Part shown: piece by piece, positions 25,609-37,130 of the stretch
Layout of the letters: each line of letters opens with the position of its first letter
How positions within the stretch are numbered: the stretch's first letter is position 1
Assembly (NCBI GenBank): GCA_036172245.1
Contig: JAYWIR010000022.1
Location: 1,984,001-2,048,000 of the forward strand
Direction: 5' to 3'
DNA length: 64,000 nucleotides
Origin: Raillietiella orientalis
Taxonomy: Eukaryota
Position numbers and translations under genes: made by a program
The notes under the pieces: model-generated
Database searches by the model: none
The model's input: only the letters and a program-made list of their open reading frames with translations
What the model was told of the DNA's origin: nothing

Positions 25609-26489
25609 AGCCTTGGCCTGCTGCTGCTGCTGCTTCTGGGGCGGAATCTTCTCCTTCACGTCCTCCTGATCCTCACCATTGGACGAAAGATCTCCAGAAG
25701 AGAACCTGCGGAGAGGATGCGGGGGAGAAAGGAAGAAACGGTGCTCGCCGGCTCTCCCACATAGCAGCATCCCCACCCTCTGGCACCTGAGCCAGTACAG
25801 CATCTCTAGAACTCGTTCCAGGAGCGTGGCCGTTGCCGGGGGGTAAGGAAAGTAAGGCCTCGGGACGCCGCCCCTCAGGTGAAGTGCACACCTCATCTCT
25901 GCGTCCTCTGGCAGGGAGTGGAGGTCTCACACCTTCTTCCCACTTTTCCGGCAGGAGGCAGCGGAACCTGGAGCAGCATCCCGACGCCTCCTCCTCGTGA
26001 GTTTGGAACGCTGCTTCAGGGAGGATTCGGGTAGTGAAAGACCGGAAACCACGTTAACCACAAGAAACGTCGGCAGTCCGCTCCCCGTCTCGAAACTCCG
26101 AGGGAAGCGCCCATACGCTCCCAGAGGCGGCTAAGCAACCTTTCCCTCTTTTTAGCTGGATAGGAGTCTTGTTCCAGAGCCAAAGTCGTCCCGGTTCCCG
26201 ACCCTCCTGGATCCCCATAGCAGGCAGGGTTGGAAGGGGACAGGGACAGCTTCACAAGTTGGAGGCGGCAAAGAATCCTCCCAGGACACCCTAGGGCCAC
26301 CGAGGGTGCGCAGCAAGCCCCCCCGTTTCCTGAGGAATCTGACGAACGGTCGCCTTTCCGAGCCGAAGAGAATTCCCTCCTCCTCCTCCCCTCTTCGCTA
26401 CCCTCCTCTCCCTGAGGGCATACTCCTTACCTCCTCCGTAGGTAATTCACGTTCGACGTGAAGGACTGCTTAAAACTTGAGAAGGCAAT
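9235..26489 (-). CDS. Syn: Synapsin (domains A, C and E)
   Basis: GT-AG exons with consistent phases (minus strand): 26495-26431, 25705-25337, 19495-19346, 15459-15219, 13571-13509, 10409-10267, 10204-10027, 9839-9753, 9687-9540, 9464-9235. Peptides FSSFKQSFTSNVNYLRRRFSSGDL, LLVVDDQRTDWSKYFRG, FRPDFVLFRQ, DKPWIF, KIGHAHNGLGK, EPYIDAKYDIHVQKIG and EDGDDTMKNLRKTFAGIFGEM are diagnostic. Start placed at a putative ATT codon. Confidence 0.97.
11300..13400 (-). pseudogene. Decayed C2orf42-like units inside synapsin intron (~13400-12730 C-terminal part; ~12600-11300 whole unit)
   Basis: NELRGAV (PDYR.FV), IPKVSKCIKFSC..LG (VQR.[9 protein letters not shown]..LG), YLAIIKQYFQEKL, KRLVRG..DLLVIMQIL (KRLPN..NILQVKQIL), in the expected order. 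Confidence 0.5.
13800..14390 (+). mobile_element. tRNA-derived SINE-like repeat, copy 1
   Basis: B-box GGTTCGAATCC at ~13850. Colinear similarity by eye to 57290-57860, with shared blocks such as gaaatgggtgc, gcgctgctcccttcggggagc, tccggagagaat and ggagacaaccagg. Confidence 0.65.
14540..14910 (+). pseudogene. Decayed C2orf42-like C-terminal fragment
   Basis: RPEFEWMLG (SKYTWHIT) and AIMFWQPRPLRPVCFG (FIIEWIPDILPQSKIG). Confidence 0.35.
15960..18600 (+). pseudogene. Array of decayed C2orf42-like units in synapsin intron (C-part ~15960-16250; N-half ~16298-17050; unit ~17400-18600)
   Basis: MEAAQRR..DSVLTF; ORF 16298 GCG..LRSVGMTAR..EHLACVG..AAPPPARTALLAAS..ETAGQP; KTLARVACRAS ([11 protein letters not shown]); FAFACNS..LKKE (CAFASD.TLAQE); IDLIEEKLGDCVFWDVFGEAATLAAFPISTQF ([31 protein letters not shown]). 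Confidence 0.6.
16694..17144 (+). repeat. 451-bp GC-rich segment, inverted near-identical copy of 39192-39642
   Basis: Both copies are 451 nt and colinear; ORF translations match in all frames; one mismatch seen (16713 vs 39623). Confidence 0.95.
19700..24450 (-). pseudogene. Array of at least 3 decayed C2orf42-like units in the largest synapsin intron
   Basis: EERAGWVGV; GLLHL..LFRASC; LIPPESF..PPQSTSAFAPALPLVG (HIPQSF..LPNSTTAFVRKDALPLG); ALPFERSFS (PLEITRSFI); RFLCEWRPFQIFP (PFIIEWIPDILP); next start SSRVCPDG. Confidence 0.6.
25576..25634 (-). repeat. CAG repeats encoding polyQ (Q5-AKA-Q11) in synapsin domain B
   Basis: (CTG)n on +, inside exon 25705-25337. Confidence 0.9.
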
Positions 26490-27633
26490 CTTGATCTGCG
26501 AGGGCGTCGCCGCCGGGGGCTCTCATCTACGCTGGGGGCAGGATGGTGTCCTGGCGCTACTCTCTCCCTCCTCTGGACCTCTTCTTCCTCACTTCAGCAG
26601 ATCCTGCGAAAGAGGGAGGACGTCAGGGTGTTCGTCTGGACGTCGGGGAAACGGCGGGCCGCTGGCGCCGCCCGCCGTTTACCGGTCCGCCGTCCACCCC
26701 TTTAGTCCCGGAACGCACCGCACCGACCATTCCGGACCCACCCAGCAGAACGAGGGAGGGTGCTACCTCCCGGATGGCCGCCGTGGGACGACCGCCCACC
26801 CTCCTCCCCGTTCGCGGCTGCTGCAGCCACGAGTGGAGCAATGCAAAGGACCGGGAAGACTGCACCGCGAGAACCCACAAATCCCTCTTGCTGGGCAGGA
26901 TTTAAGAGCAGAGGAGGGGAAACTGCAGGTGGGAAGAAGCTGCGGAGGAAAAGGAAAGTGGTGACCGCTGCAGGTAGCAGGACTGACCGCTCCTGGAGGC
27001 TACGGAGGAGGAGGAAGGGAGAAGGAAAAAACCAGAAGGCTCGTAGGCTCTCATCAAACCTGCTCCAGAGATTTCAGGAGGGTTGCTGACCTCGCCCCTT
27101 CTCCCCTCCTTCCAAGGGGACCTATCCGCGTAGCGGCTCCCTCCGAGGTCGTAGCCGAAGAGACGTGGTAAGAGGAGGAGCAGAACGGGCAGAGAGTGGG
27201 AGACGCGTAGGGAGCGAAGGAAGGGTGATGGCACCCTCCTCCGCATATACAGTCCCCTCGCGCGCTGGCGCCTCCCCTTCCCCTCTTCCTCTTCCCTGTC
27301 TCTCCCAGCGCATTACTCACCGCGATTCCCGACGCCCTCCCTGAAGGCAGCGCCACTCACGTCGGCATGCGAGTCAGGAAAGCCGAAGAGGGACTCGGAG
27401 GAAAAGAGGAAAGGGGGGGACTCGGAAAAAAAACAAACAGTTGGGGTGGGGAGCGGCCTCTTGGAGTTCCTGGGCGGGCGGGCGTTGCGAGAGAGAGGGG
27501 AGCAGAGAACCCGAGATCGCAGGGACTGGGAAGGCGGGACGCACCACAGCGGGTTAAGAGACGAGAGGCTCTGGCGAGGGACCTGCGGACGAAATCCCGC
27601 GGAAGAAACGGAAATCGATAGGAGGGGGGCGTG

Positions 27634-27645
27634 CGCGCATGCGCG
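27634..27645. promoter_or_regulatory. NRF-1/Erect wing-type palindrome CGCGCATGCGCG in the putative synapsin promoter
   Basis: Perfect match to YGCGCAYGCGCR, ~270-310 nt upstream (minus strand) of two GTGAGT donors at 27360 and 27320. Confidence 0.45.
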
Positions 27646-30600
27646 GTGGCGCTCCGTCCGCCCTCCAAGAGAAAGCTCTCCCAGTCTTCCCTCTCCGCGG
27701 CTTTCCCTCCTTCCCTCCGCGTCCTTCTCCCGTACAGGACTTTTCCTCCTCCCCTTCTCCACCCTCCACGAGTCCTCCCCTCCCTTTCTTGAGCCTTTGC
27801 GCGACGAGGGCCCAGAAGGCAGCGCCTCGCTCCGCGCGCAAGAGCCCCCCACCTTCCGGTCATCCCGCACTCCCTCCGGAAGGGTGCGGAAAGCCTGCCG
27901 GCGGCGTTCTTCCCTCTCTCCTTCCCCTTAAAATATCGATTTGCTCCTTTCGGTAATCCGCGTCCAGCTAGAGAGGGAGTGAAAGGGGGGAAGCCGGGAG
28001 CGACTCCCGAGTAACCAGGTGGCGGTGATTGGGGAAAGGGAAGGACAGTCCGCGCAAGGGGTGCGGTCGCGGCAGGGCCAAGCAGAAGGAAGGTCCAAGA
28101 GAGAGGGCTCTTTTGCACCCTCCTTCCGACCACTCTGAGGGGGTCCTTCCGGGAGAAAAGGGGGAAGGCTCCAACCCTCAGCTCCCCCATCGGACTGCTG
28201 TGCTTGCACCTTTATGCCTTTCGAGAGGGAGAGGGAGAGGTCACAGACCCCGTCCGCACTCCCTGGACCACAGCTAGAGGCCACCGCAGCAGGCGGAGGG
28301 AGTGACCTCGTCTCTCCTTCATCTGTGCCTCTCCCTTGCCAAGGAGGTCTATGGCGACAATCTCCACGGGGGGGAAGGGGAGAGGGAAGATGCCTTTCGC
28401 CACGCTTCCATTTTCGGAGGATCTAGAGATCATCCGAGCGCGGAAACCTCAGGCTCGCTCCCACCCACCCTAGCTCCCTGCTTCTCCTGCCGAAGTTTCC
28501 TCTGTCGGGATCCCAGGAGACCCCCACACTTTCTCTCGTCTTCCGGATAAGCCTCGAGCAAAATGTCAGCCCGTCCTGCCACTCCAGATCGATCCTTCCT
28601 TTCTGCCTTGCCAGCGCCTTTTGAAAGGAGACAGCTTCAGGGAACCGTCCTTCCTACACACTCCCTCCTTCCCCTCCTCCCCCCCATCTCCTCCAGCGGA
28701 GCGCGACCTTCTACGATGTGTCCTTACCTTTCTGCCTGGCGCTTCCGGCGTTTCCTCCTCCTCCAAGGAGGTCGCGCTTGCCCACCTTATGGCAGGCTCG
28801 GCCCTACGCCAGGTGCAGGTAGGCCTCGTATGCAGGCAGGTCTTTGCGCGAAACCGTGGGACTCATGTGAAGTGGAGGGAAGTGCCCCGCGGTGTCTTCC
28901 TTCGGCAGGAAAAATCTCCGTGGCCCCTCTGCCCGTTTGGCTCCAGCTGAGCTTCGGAGACTTCCGACTGCCCGGCTTCCCGTCCGTTCGACCTCCTGGC
29001 GACCCCGGCCAGGTCAGCAGGGTACGCGCCGACGTCCCCACTCGGTGCTTTTTGCCCTTGTAGTTCGAGACTCCCGTTAAATGTCAAGGGGCCATCTTCC
29101 TCCAGAGGAAGGAGAAAGCTGCTCCTCGCAGGTGCGACGCCGACTACGTTTCGGCAGCAGTTCCAGATCTTCCAGTGGTCACCGAGCACCACGAGGGTGC
29201 CCTGCGACCCTGCTGAGCTTGGGCCCGGAATCGAAGGTTGCGATCCACAGGTCTGCTTCCTGGACCGATGCCGGAGAAGGCAAGGCCGCTCACCCATCTG
29301 CGGAATAAGAGAAATATGGACAGCGCTGGGTCAAGAAGTGGATCAGGGGAAAGTTTTTCTCGCCATCAGGTGGGTCGCGTCGATGGAGGCGGGATCCGGA
29401 GGGGTCCTCGAGGAGTCCACACAGGTAATGAGGAGTTTTTGCTCTGCTGAAGGCTATCTGCTCCTCCTCCCCCTCGCCACCTGGAAGAGCTCTGATGACA
29501 GGAGGCAGCCAGATCGACCAGGGCGCTTCAGCGGAGGAGCAGTGGAGTGAAAGAACAGAAGAAAAAGGAGAGAGGGAAGAACTCTTTTCTCCCTTCTACC
29601 TTCCAGGAGACCGATCTTCCGCCAAGAAGGCGAGAGTCTGGGGTCTGAAGGCTTGTCCGAAGGAGTTCACTCCCCGCTCACTCCCCGATCCTTCGTTCCA
29701 GACAATGGGAACGTCCGCTGCTAAAGAAACTCCTCGTCCTCTGCGCTCGGTGCCTCGCGGCAGCACTCTGCCGAGGGTCCAGATGACCCTGCCACTCTCG
29801 GTTGCACCCGCTGGAGCCAGCGACGCTGGGGCAGAGCGCGCGACGTGCTCTGGAGGGTGAAGTCGGGTTGCAGCTCCCCAGAGCCGAAAGCACCTTTTGC
29901 TTTGAGTTTTCCTCTTCCGTTTTTCTCCCCTCGGTTCTCTTGGAAAACTCGCATGGGGGTCTGAATTTCCTGCGTTAGTTCCTGAGCAAGCAGCAGGCAA
30001 AATTCCTTTTACAAGTTGGAATGGCGCTGTAGGTGGGACCTGCAAAAATTGTGTAGCGAAAACCTGGATAGAGTCCTGTCCCTTCCTCTCTCGGCTTTTG
30101 GCACCTCTCGAAACTTTTGGAAAGATCTGGAAGGAAAATGGATGGATCGATATGGTGGCGATTTGGATGGCGGTCGCTCCACTAGCGGGAACAAATAAAG
30201 CCCAGATCTCCAGATAGAAGAAAGAAAAAAGAAAGGAATCAATCCCGATCAATCCCGCAGCTTCTTTTGCCTCGCTAATTTGCAGCCTTTTCTTTCGTAG
30301 CGGGCTATACGGGGAGGAATTCGGCATAGTGGCTGACGGGACCACGGGAGTGAGGCACGCGCGCGTGTCTGTGATGCTGCCCGACGCTGCCCAACGCGGC
30401 GCACACTTGTTTCGTGGGGAGAGAGAGGGAAGGAACAGGCCCCGTCCTGCAGACCCACAAGCACGGACCTCCTTCCTTGAAGATGGAACCGACACGAGAA
30501 AGTCTGAAAAGGAGAAGATCCACCGGGAAAGTGCGATGCGGAACCACCAAGGGAATCGACTGGAAGACCTTGCTTGCCTTTGGGTTCGAAACCCTTTCGC

Positions 30601-33600
30601 CACGGTCATGCACGAGCGTCGTCAGCACCTGCCTTGCTGCCTTGCCTTTGGGAACCGTCACTCGAGTTGTAGGTGGGAACGGCGCCTAGGATGCTCCCCT
30701 TCATAATCTGGTGGAGGAGGGGTGATGCGACAAGGGACCAATGATCTCCATCGCTGGAGAAGAGCTTGGGAGGGTGCCAGGACTCGGCAGATGTGCGACA
30801 GCGGTAGCCCTGCGGACGCCCACCTGATGCAAACATGCGGGGTCGCTCCGGGGTCACATCCTCGATTCAGCAGCGCCAATGAGGGCGATGGCTTGTGTGG
30901 GCATGCTCAGGGATGGGTTTCGGGGGAGGCGGTTGACGTTTCGTAGGTTGGGAGAGAACGGGAATGTGAAGTTTCGTAGCCGGCGATCCTGTGACCTTTC
31001 GCCAGGTTAGCCTGAATCGCTTCTGTCCGTGAGGCTGAGTTTGGGTGCATTTCCCCATGTTCATCGGAGTATGGGTCCGTGGCTTGCTGGAGGTTATGTG
31101 CTGCATGGGGTGGGTGGAGAAGTAAGAAGGCTGGAGAGCTCGTTCGCTGCGCATGTGACCGTGAGGGTTTCCTCGTCATCACATAATATATGTATGATGA
31201 GGAGGCGGGTTTCTCATCTCCCAGGCCTTTATTTATTCATGATGCGAAACGGGGTGGAGTAAGGAGTTCTGAATGAAATGGGTTAGGATGGTGAGCAAGG
31301 ATAGCTTGCGAGAATTCTGGGTATCAGAGAAACGTATCTCGACTTCGCCGTGTAAAAAGGAGAGGGGTCAGCGGAGGCAGTTGAGCAGTTGCCTTTCTTG
31401 ACCTTGGACCTGCTTGCGATGGAGAAATTCCGCGAATGATCAAGGCAAGCAACGAATGGCCGGTGGCCAGCTTTCTCTCGTGCAACATAGGGCGATGCCG
31501 CACGGCTCGAGGAAACCAAGGTTTAGTGTGCTTTCATCCTGAGCTCACCAGCTGGTGGTTTCCTGTCTTCATCCAGGTCTGTTGGTGCCCTCGGCGCATC
31601 GGTGGCTCACTTCTCTCTCTCGAGGGGTTGCTCTTGTTCTAGAATGCACGCTCTCAGCGGCGGCAGTGAGGCTGCCGCGCCCTGGCGAGTTCCATGCGTC
31701 CGAATACGCCCCCGAAAGCGGCGCCCGCCAAGATGGAACAGAGGAAGACGTCCGTCGATAAAACGAAATTCGAACTCGGAAGTCCGATGGAACTTTGGGA
31801 TTGCAAACTCGGGAATCTGATAAATTGTGCGAGGATTTCACGGAAGGCATGAGAACTTCCCACGAAGGCTCTTCTCCTTCCCTTCCCCACCCCTTCCCCT
31901 CCAGAAAAAAAATCTTATCTTCCGGTACAGACGGGTATTTGGACAAATCTCCAGGCAAGCCTGCTCCTTGGTGCACACGAAGTACGGCATGTTTGACCAG
32001 CCAATTGTTGGAGCACTTGACACGTTGAGCATGGATACTGGAACGAGGAGGATAGGGTTACTGAAAGCATCTTATTAGAAACAGAGGCACGAGCGGAAAG
32101 AACGTAATGCAAGCGTACGTGCAAAGTAGCTTCAGGGATTACAGATTAGTTCGTGATGTCGGAAAGAAAAAGAAAAAAAAAGTTCCGATTTGATATGGGA
32201 AGAACCACTGAGCCTACGGAAGCAGATGACCTGATCTAGAAAATGAGAGACTGCATGTCAGTAGAGGAAGAAAAATGGAAGGAATGCATCTTCCGCTCTG
32301 CTAGAAGCAATGATTTGTTGTTTTGCTTTTTTCCTGATCTTTGGGGAGGGAACGGTACGAAAAATGAGGAAAGGGAAGCAAAGCACAATAATTCCGTGAT
32401 CTGGAGAGATCCATGCAGCCATTTGCAAGGAGATTCTTTTTCCTGTCGTAACTTTCCTCGACTTCAAGAGATGTGCCTTTGCAGCAAGGAAGGAGGTCCG
32501 CTTTTCTAATGATGATCGGCAGATCCTCTGCAGGTGGATCATTGGGCGACAGAGAAACATCCGATGATGAGTCCAGGTCTTTCGAAATTAGTCCTCCGCC
32601 ATGCTGCCAGGACGCCTGCTACACGGTGGAATTCGCTTCCTGAGGCTGAGGATTAGCGATTGCTTCCGTAATTACGAATGCCTTTGCAAATTTTGTTTCC
32701 ATCTTATTGCTTGGTTACGGGAAAATCAATAATCAGTGTGAGTTCATGTTCTCCCTGCTCTGTTCTTCGCGGGAGCACAGGGGCCTTTGTCTCACATGAG
32801 CGCAATCCAGGATACACAGTAGTTCTCCCTCGAATAGATCTTGGAGCACAAGGTGAACGACCAATTAGCGATGCTTTTGGAAAAACTCGAATTCAAAACT
32901 CCATGCCAAGGAACATTGAAACTTTGGGCTCTGGCTGTATCCCGGGGCGACTCGTGTCTTGGTTTCTATGGGCCCAAATGCCAAACACCCAAATTTGCTG
33001 CGATCAATCAGTCAAACTGAAGCCATTTTTTTTTTTTTTTTTTTTGTTACTACGAGTTGCTTCTGTTGAATGCTCATTCCCACAGGAGTGATTTGAAGGT
33101 TTTTTTTTTTTTTTTCCACGTGTTTTCTTCTGAGAATCATGAAACCTAACAGATCTCTATCGATGAGCATCAGCAGGCAGACAAGATCAGCAGGAGAATT
33201 CTAAAGCACGGCTGACGTCCCTGATTGATCCATGTCTCCACGTATCCAAGCAATGATGCAGGGGCTGTTTTCTCCAGGAACGCCCTCAGAGCTGTTTTGT
33301 GTACTTTTCCCGAAAACGCTACGGAAAGACAAACGATTTTTCCAGAGTATCTCATCGTATTCGCAGAGTCCGATCTTTGTCTCCAGATTGCCATTCTTGT
33401 TTCACAACGCAGATGGTCTTCTAAAAATGAGATCGGACTTACCTTCGCAGCGCTTAACTCTTTTGGCAGAGCAAACGACGGAAGCCTACTCTGCAGCCCC
33501 CAGACAGGAATTTATTCGTTCCTCAACCTTCAGCTTTCGGGGACTTCGGAAAGCAAATGTTCTTGAAAAGGGAGAGAGATACGAGATGCTTCGGACTCCA

Positions 33601-36600
33601 AACCTGCATCTCCTTTTCTTTCTAATTTCCCCCAGGGCACGTGAATACTATGCCCTTGAGTGTGCATCGTTCTGAGAAGTTCGTGAGTAGTATCGTTTTC
33701 AGTAGTGATCTTCGGTGGCTTAGTCTTCATCCCCATCTCCGGAGTTCCTCCTACCGCACGTAATTGTCGACAGCAATTCCTGGAACGGACTTTAGGAAAC
33801 TTCAAAAGTTCACCAATTCCTGTTATGCTCGGTATGTTCTCTTTGCTGACGTCCGCGTAAAAGTGGTCACTGGAAGGCGGAGCAATTTTAGACCACCATC
33901 TGGGTTTCCCTGGCGGCAGCATACGCTCCAGAGCTTTTTGCCAAGACCCATTTCGCTCTCTTGCGTATCTCTGCATGCCCAAATACCACAGCCAGCCAGC
34001 CACAGACAGGCAGTCTTCCTTCAGGAAACCAAAGAGTGGTTGAAGGTGAATACTGGGTTCGTCGAAAGTACTCAGATAGCGAGCCTCTAGAGGTAGGGCT
34101 GGAGTGTCTCCATTCGACGTCGTCACACCACCGTTCTCGATCTAAGACTGAGGGTTCCGTAGATCGCTTCGGTCCGGTAGAATGAAGGAGGCGCGCGAAT
34201 CTCGAGCCAGAACTGGATGAATCTGAGCGCGGTTTGCTGCCCGCGAGGCGAGAAGAAAAGAATTCGCTCCGCGTTGGAAGAGTCTTTGAGGGAGGGATCG
34301 AAGGCGAGATGGCTGTGAGGCAGAGTGGTTACGACGGGTTTACCGGCGACGCGAAAGGGAACAGCGCTGTTGGCTGAAGCTTCCGAGGGATGAGCAAAAG
34401 CCCTGGTTCGGGGCATAGCGGCACAGCTTCCTCGAAAACGCCATCGCTACCTGCCGATCTCAACCCGCTGTCAAAAGATCAGAGCGCAGCATCACTCCAG
34501 AAAAGGGAGATCGCAGTACTCTGACCAGGAGAAGGCCGTGCCTCTTGCGTACGATACCATACAAGATCCACGAGTGGGTTTTTCGAGAGTTCGAAACCGT
34601 TTGCAAAGCGTCGGAATGGGGATCTCGCCACAGGGTGTCTCGGGGAAACGAATGATGCTTGAGGCATCCCGTCATCTCTTCCTACCCATCCTCCCTTGTC
34701 TCGGTGTACCTGTGCGGGAGTGGAAAGTGCATCGGCCTGATCCTTTGCAGGGCGGAAAATTTTCCCTTTTAGTTCATCGTAATCTCAGATGATCTCCCCT
34801 GGATCTGCTTGCATCAGCTATTTTCATGCTCTGCTGTATCTCGGCTCTCCGTTGGTCCAATTAATTAAGGCTTCCCCTGTAAGCCAGTTGCTGATTTGTT
34901 TTTTTTTCCCTGTTCCATGCTTCTCATTCCATCCCGAAGACATGGACTCATATCAGGTGCCTGTTCTGGTTCGAGAGCAAATGGAAAGGGAAGGTCGTCC
35001 ATTTTACTGGTTCCTCCATGTAATCATCTTCCTTATCTTTTCGTGTTTCTGCACCATGGACCAGACTTCTTTCCCTTTTTTTTCCGTTTTTTTTTTTTTT
35101 TCCTCTGTTTTCCCGCTGAGAGAGAGGATGAGAACATCATGCTTTGCAAAGCCTGGGAGGAAGCTATGACGAGGATCCGGAAAGAAGCTTCGGAAAAGTA
35201 GGAAAATGCTGCAACTGCGATCACGCTCCTCACCAACCCTGTCATTCCTCGTTTGCTTCATTCCTTTCCTCTATTTTCTCCGACTGGAAGCTCGGGAGGG
35301 CGAGCGCTGAGGCTTTTCCCCGTTTGCCAAGGACGAAGCTCTGCGGCTCCTCCCTTCAGCCTCATTAACGGAGGTACGAAGACAGATCCTTCAAGACCCT
35401 TCCACAGTAACCCGGTTTCCATTTGTTTGCGTGGAAAAAGTTGAACTCGGGACGGAGCGGTCACTCCGAGTTTCATGGAGATCAAAAGCAAAGAAGGAAA
35501 TGTTCAGCGACCGAAACAGTCAGGAGCTTCCTCGAGAGGAAAACCACACGTCGCGAAACGTCAGGATTCACTCCAGAAAGATGGGGGACAGGGGAGAGAG
35601 AGGAGGGGGAGGGGAGGGGAAAAAACGTCCCTTTCCTCGGTGTCTTATTCTCCGCTGAACAGTGGCAAGAGATAAGTACCTCCAGATCAGGGTACAGTCT
35701 CAGGCAGCACGGAGGGTTCAGGCTACACATCGCGAGAGAAATTTCGGAGGAGCACATGCATCTTGGACCAGCCACTTCCTCCGGAGAGAACCACGGGGGG
35801 AAAAAAGGCTGCTCCAAATCGATCGGTTTCAGGCCTTCATTCGAAAGTTGGATTCAAAAACTGCGATCGATTGACTTCGAAGGGCTGGTTGTTACACAGG
35901 AAGACGGTCGCTCGCAGAGACGTACGTGAGCACTATATCCAAATCATTGGTGTGCAGGATACATAGTGCGGGAGAAGATAAAAAGAACATATATTCGAAA
36001 ATTGATGGTGACAGCAGAATTACGAGAGATCGTTCCTCAGATGTTCAGTAGTTCTTACTTGAGATTCAGGAGATGGAAGTTGGTTTAGTAATGGAGGGAG
36101 ATTGAGCTTTAAATATCGTTAGCATCCCGTCCTTCTTTTTCGTGTCTCGTGACCTCGTGAAGACATTACAGTCACAGTGCGAGTGTAGCGATGGCAATGT
36201 AATGATTGCGACGGGGAAGGTTAATGAAAGATGTGATGAACGGGAGAGAATCAACATGAATAATGACAATGTCGGCTGAAGGAAGACATGGAGTGTGAAA
36301 TCAGGTGGAAGAAATTCCTTGGGTCGATCTGATGGACTTTCGACTCTCCGGAGCGTTAACAGCAAGAGCGCAAACAGTCATATGGCTCTTTACCGGCTTC
36401 GAGGAAGCAGGGACGGCAGCTGGCATCCAGAAGCTGCTGAAACAGCGGAGTCAGTTGCACCGGCCCCCCGGAATTGTCTCGGTTGAGGATGGTTGTTGGT
36501 TGGGTTCGATTGCTTTGCTGCATCATTGGGTGTGTTGATCAGTTATTGACGATTTTACTAACACGAGGCCGAAATTTCGTTAAAATGAATGTCGGAGTCT

Positions 36601-37112
36601 CTTAGAAGTCGACAAGTGCAAATCCAACAGAATGAATCCCTCCCTCACTCCGCACTGAAAGTGTTTCCCCAGGAGTGATCTCGAAGTTTAGCAGTCGGTG
36701 GCCATTGTGTCCAGAATGGAGAATAGAAACCACTGGAACAGCTTCAGAGTGAATCACTGCAGAAATCTCGCCATCATCTTCCACGTTGTTTGCAAATATT
36801 TCCTGCTGCCTGGATTTTTTTTTTTTTTTCATATGCTTTTTAAGATCGAGAGCATCAGATACCCTGGATATGTTATGTCAGAAACCGTACCAATGTCCTC
36901 GTCATCGGCACATCCGATAAACATGCGAGCAGCTTTCTGCTTTCAGAAGTGATTCGGAAGCACGAGGAAAATTCTCGGAGTATCTGAATTTTCGGATATC
37001 CCGGGATCCTCGACAAGACGGCAGTGAGGCTTCTTCCAAGGAGACCACGACTTGGTTTGAGAAACGCTTTTGGCATGGTCAGGTGAGTGAGTGCAGGTTA
37101 TCCAAGGAAAAA

Positions 37113-37130
37113 ACACACACACACACACAC
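37113..37130. repeat. (AC)9 microsatellite
   Basis: Read directly. Confidence 0.9.

Noticed and set aside
30960..33400. YqaJ/lambda-exonuclease gene (RKVTGS at ~30990; NTMRYS at ~33350)
   Set aside because: No PD-(D/E)xK motifs follow. Both segments fit C2orf42 (KIITGS; ETKQTIW) at the expected positions in the array.
33870..33990. Retroviral integrase HHCC zinc finger
   Set aside because: The second Cys is missing, there is an internal stop, and no DDE core, reverse transcriptase or LTR is nearby.
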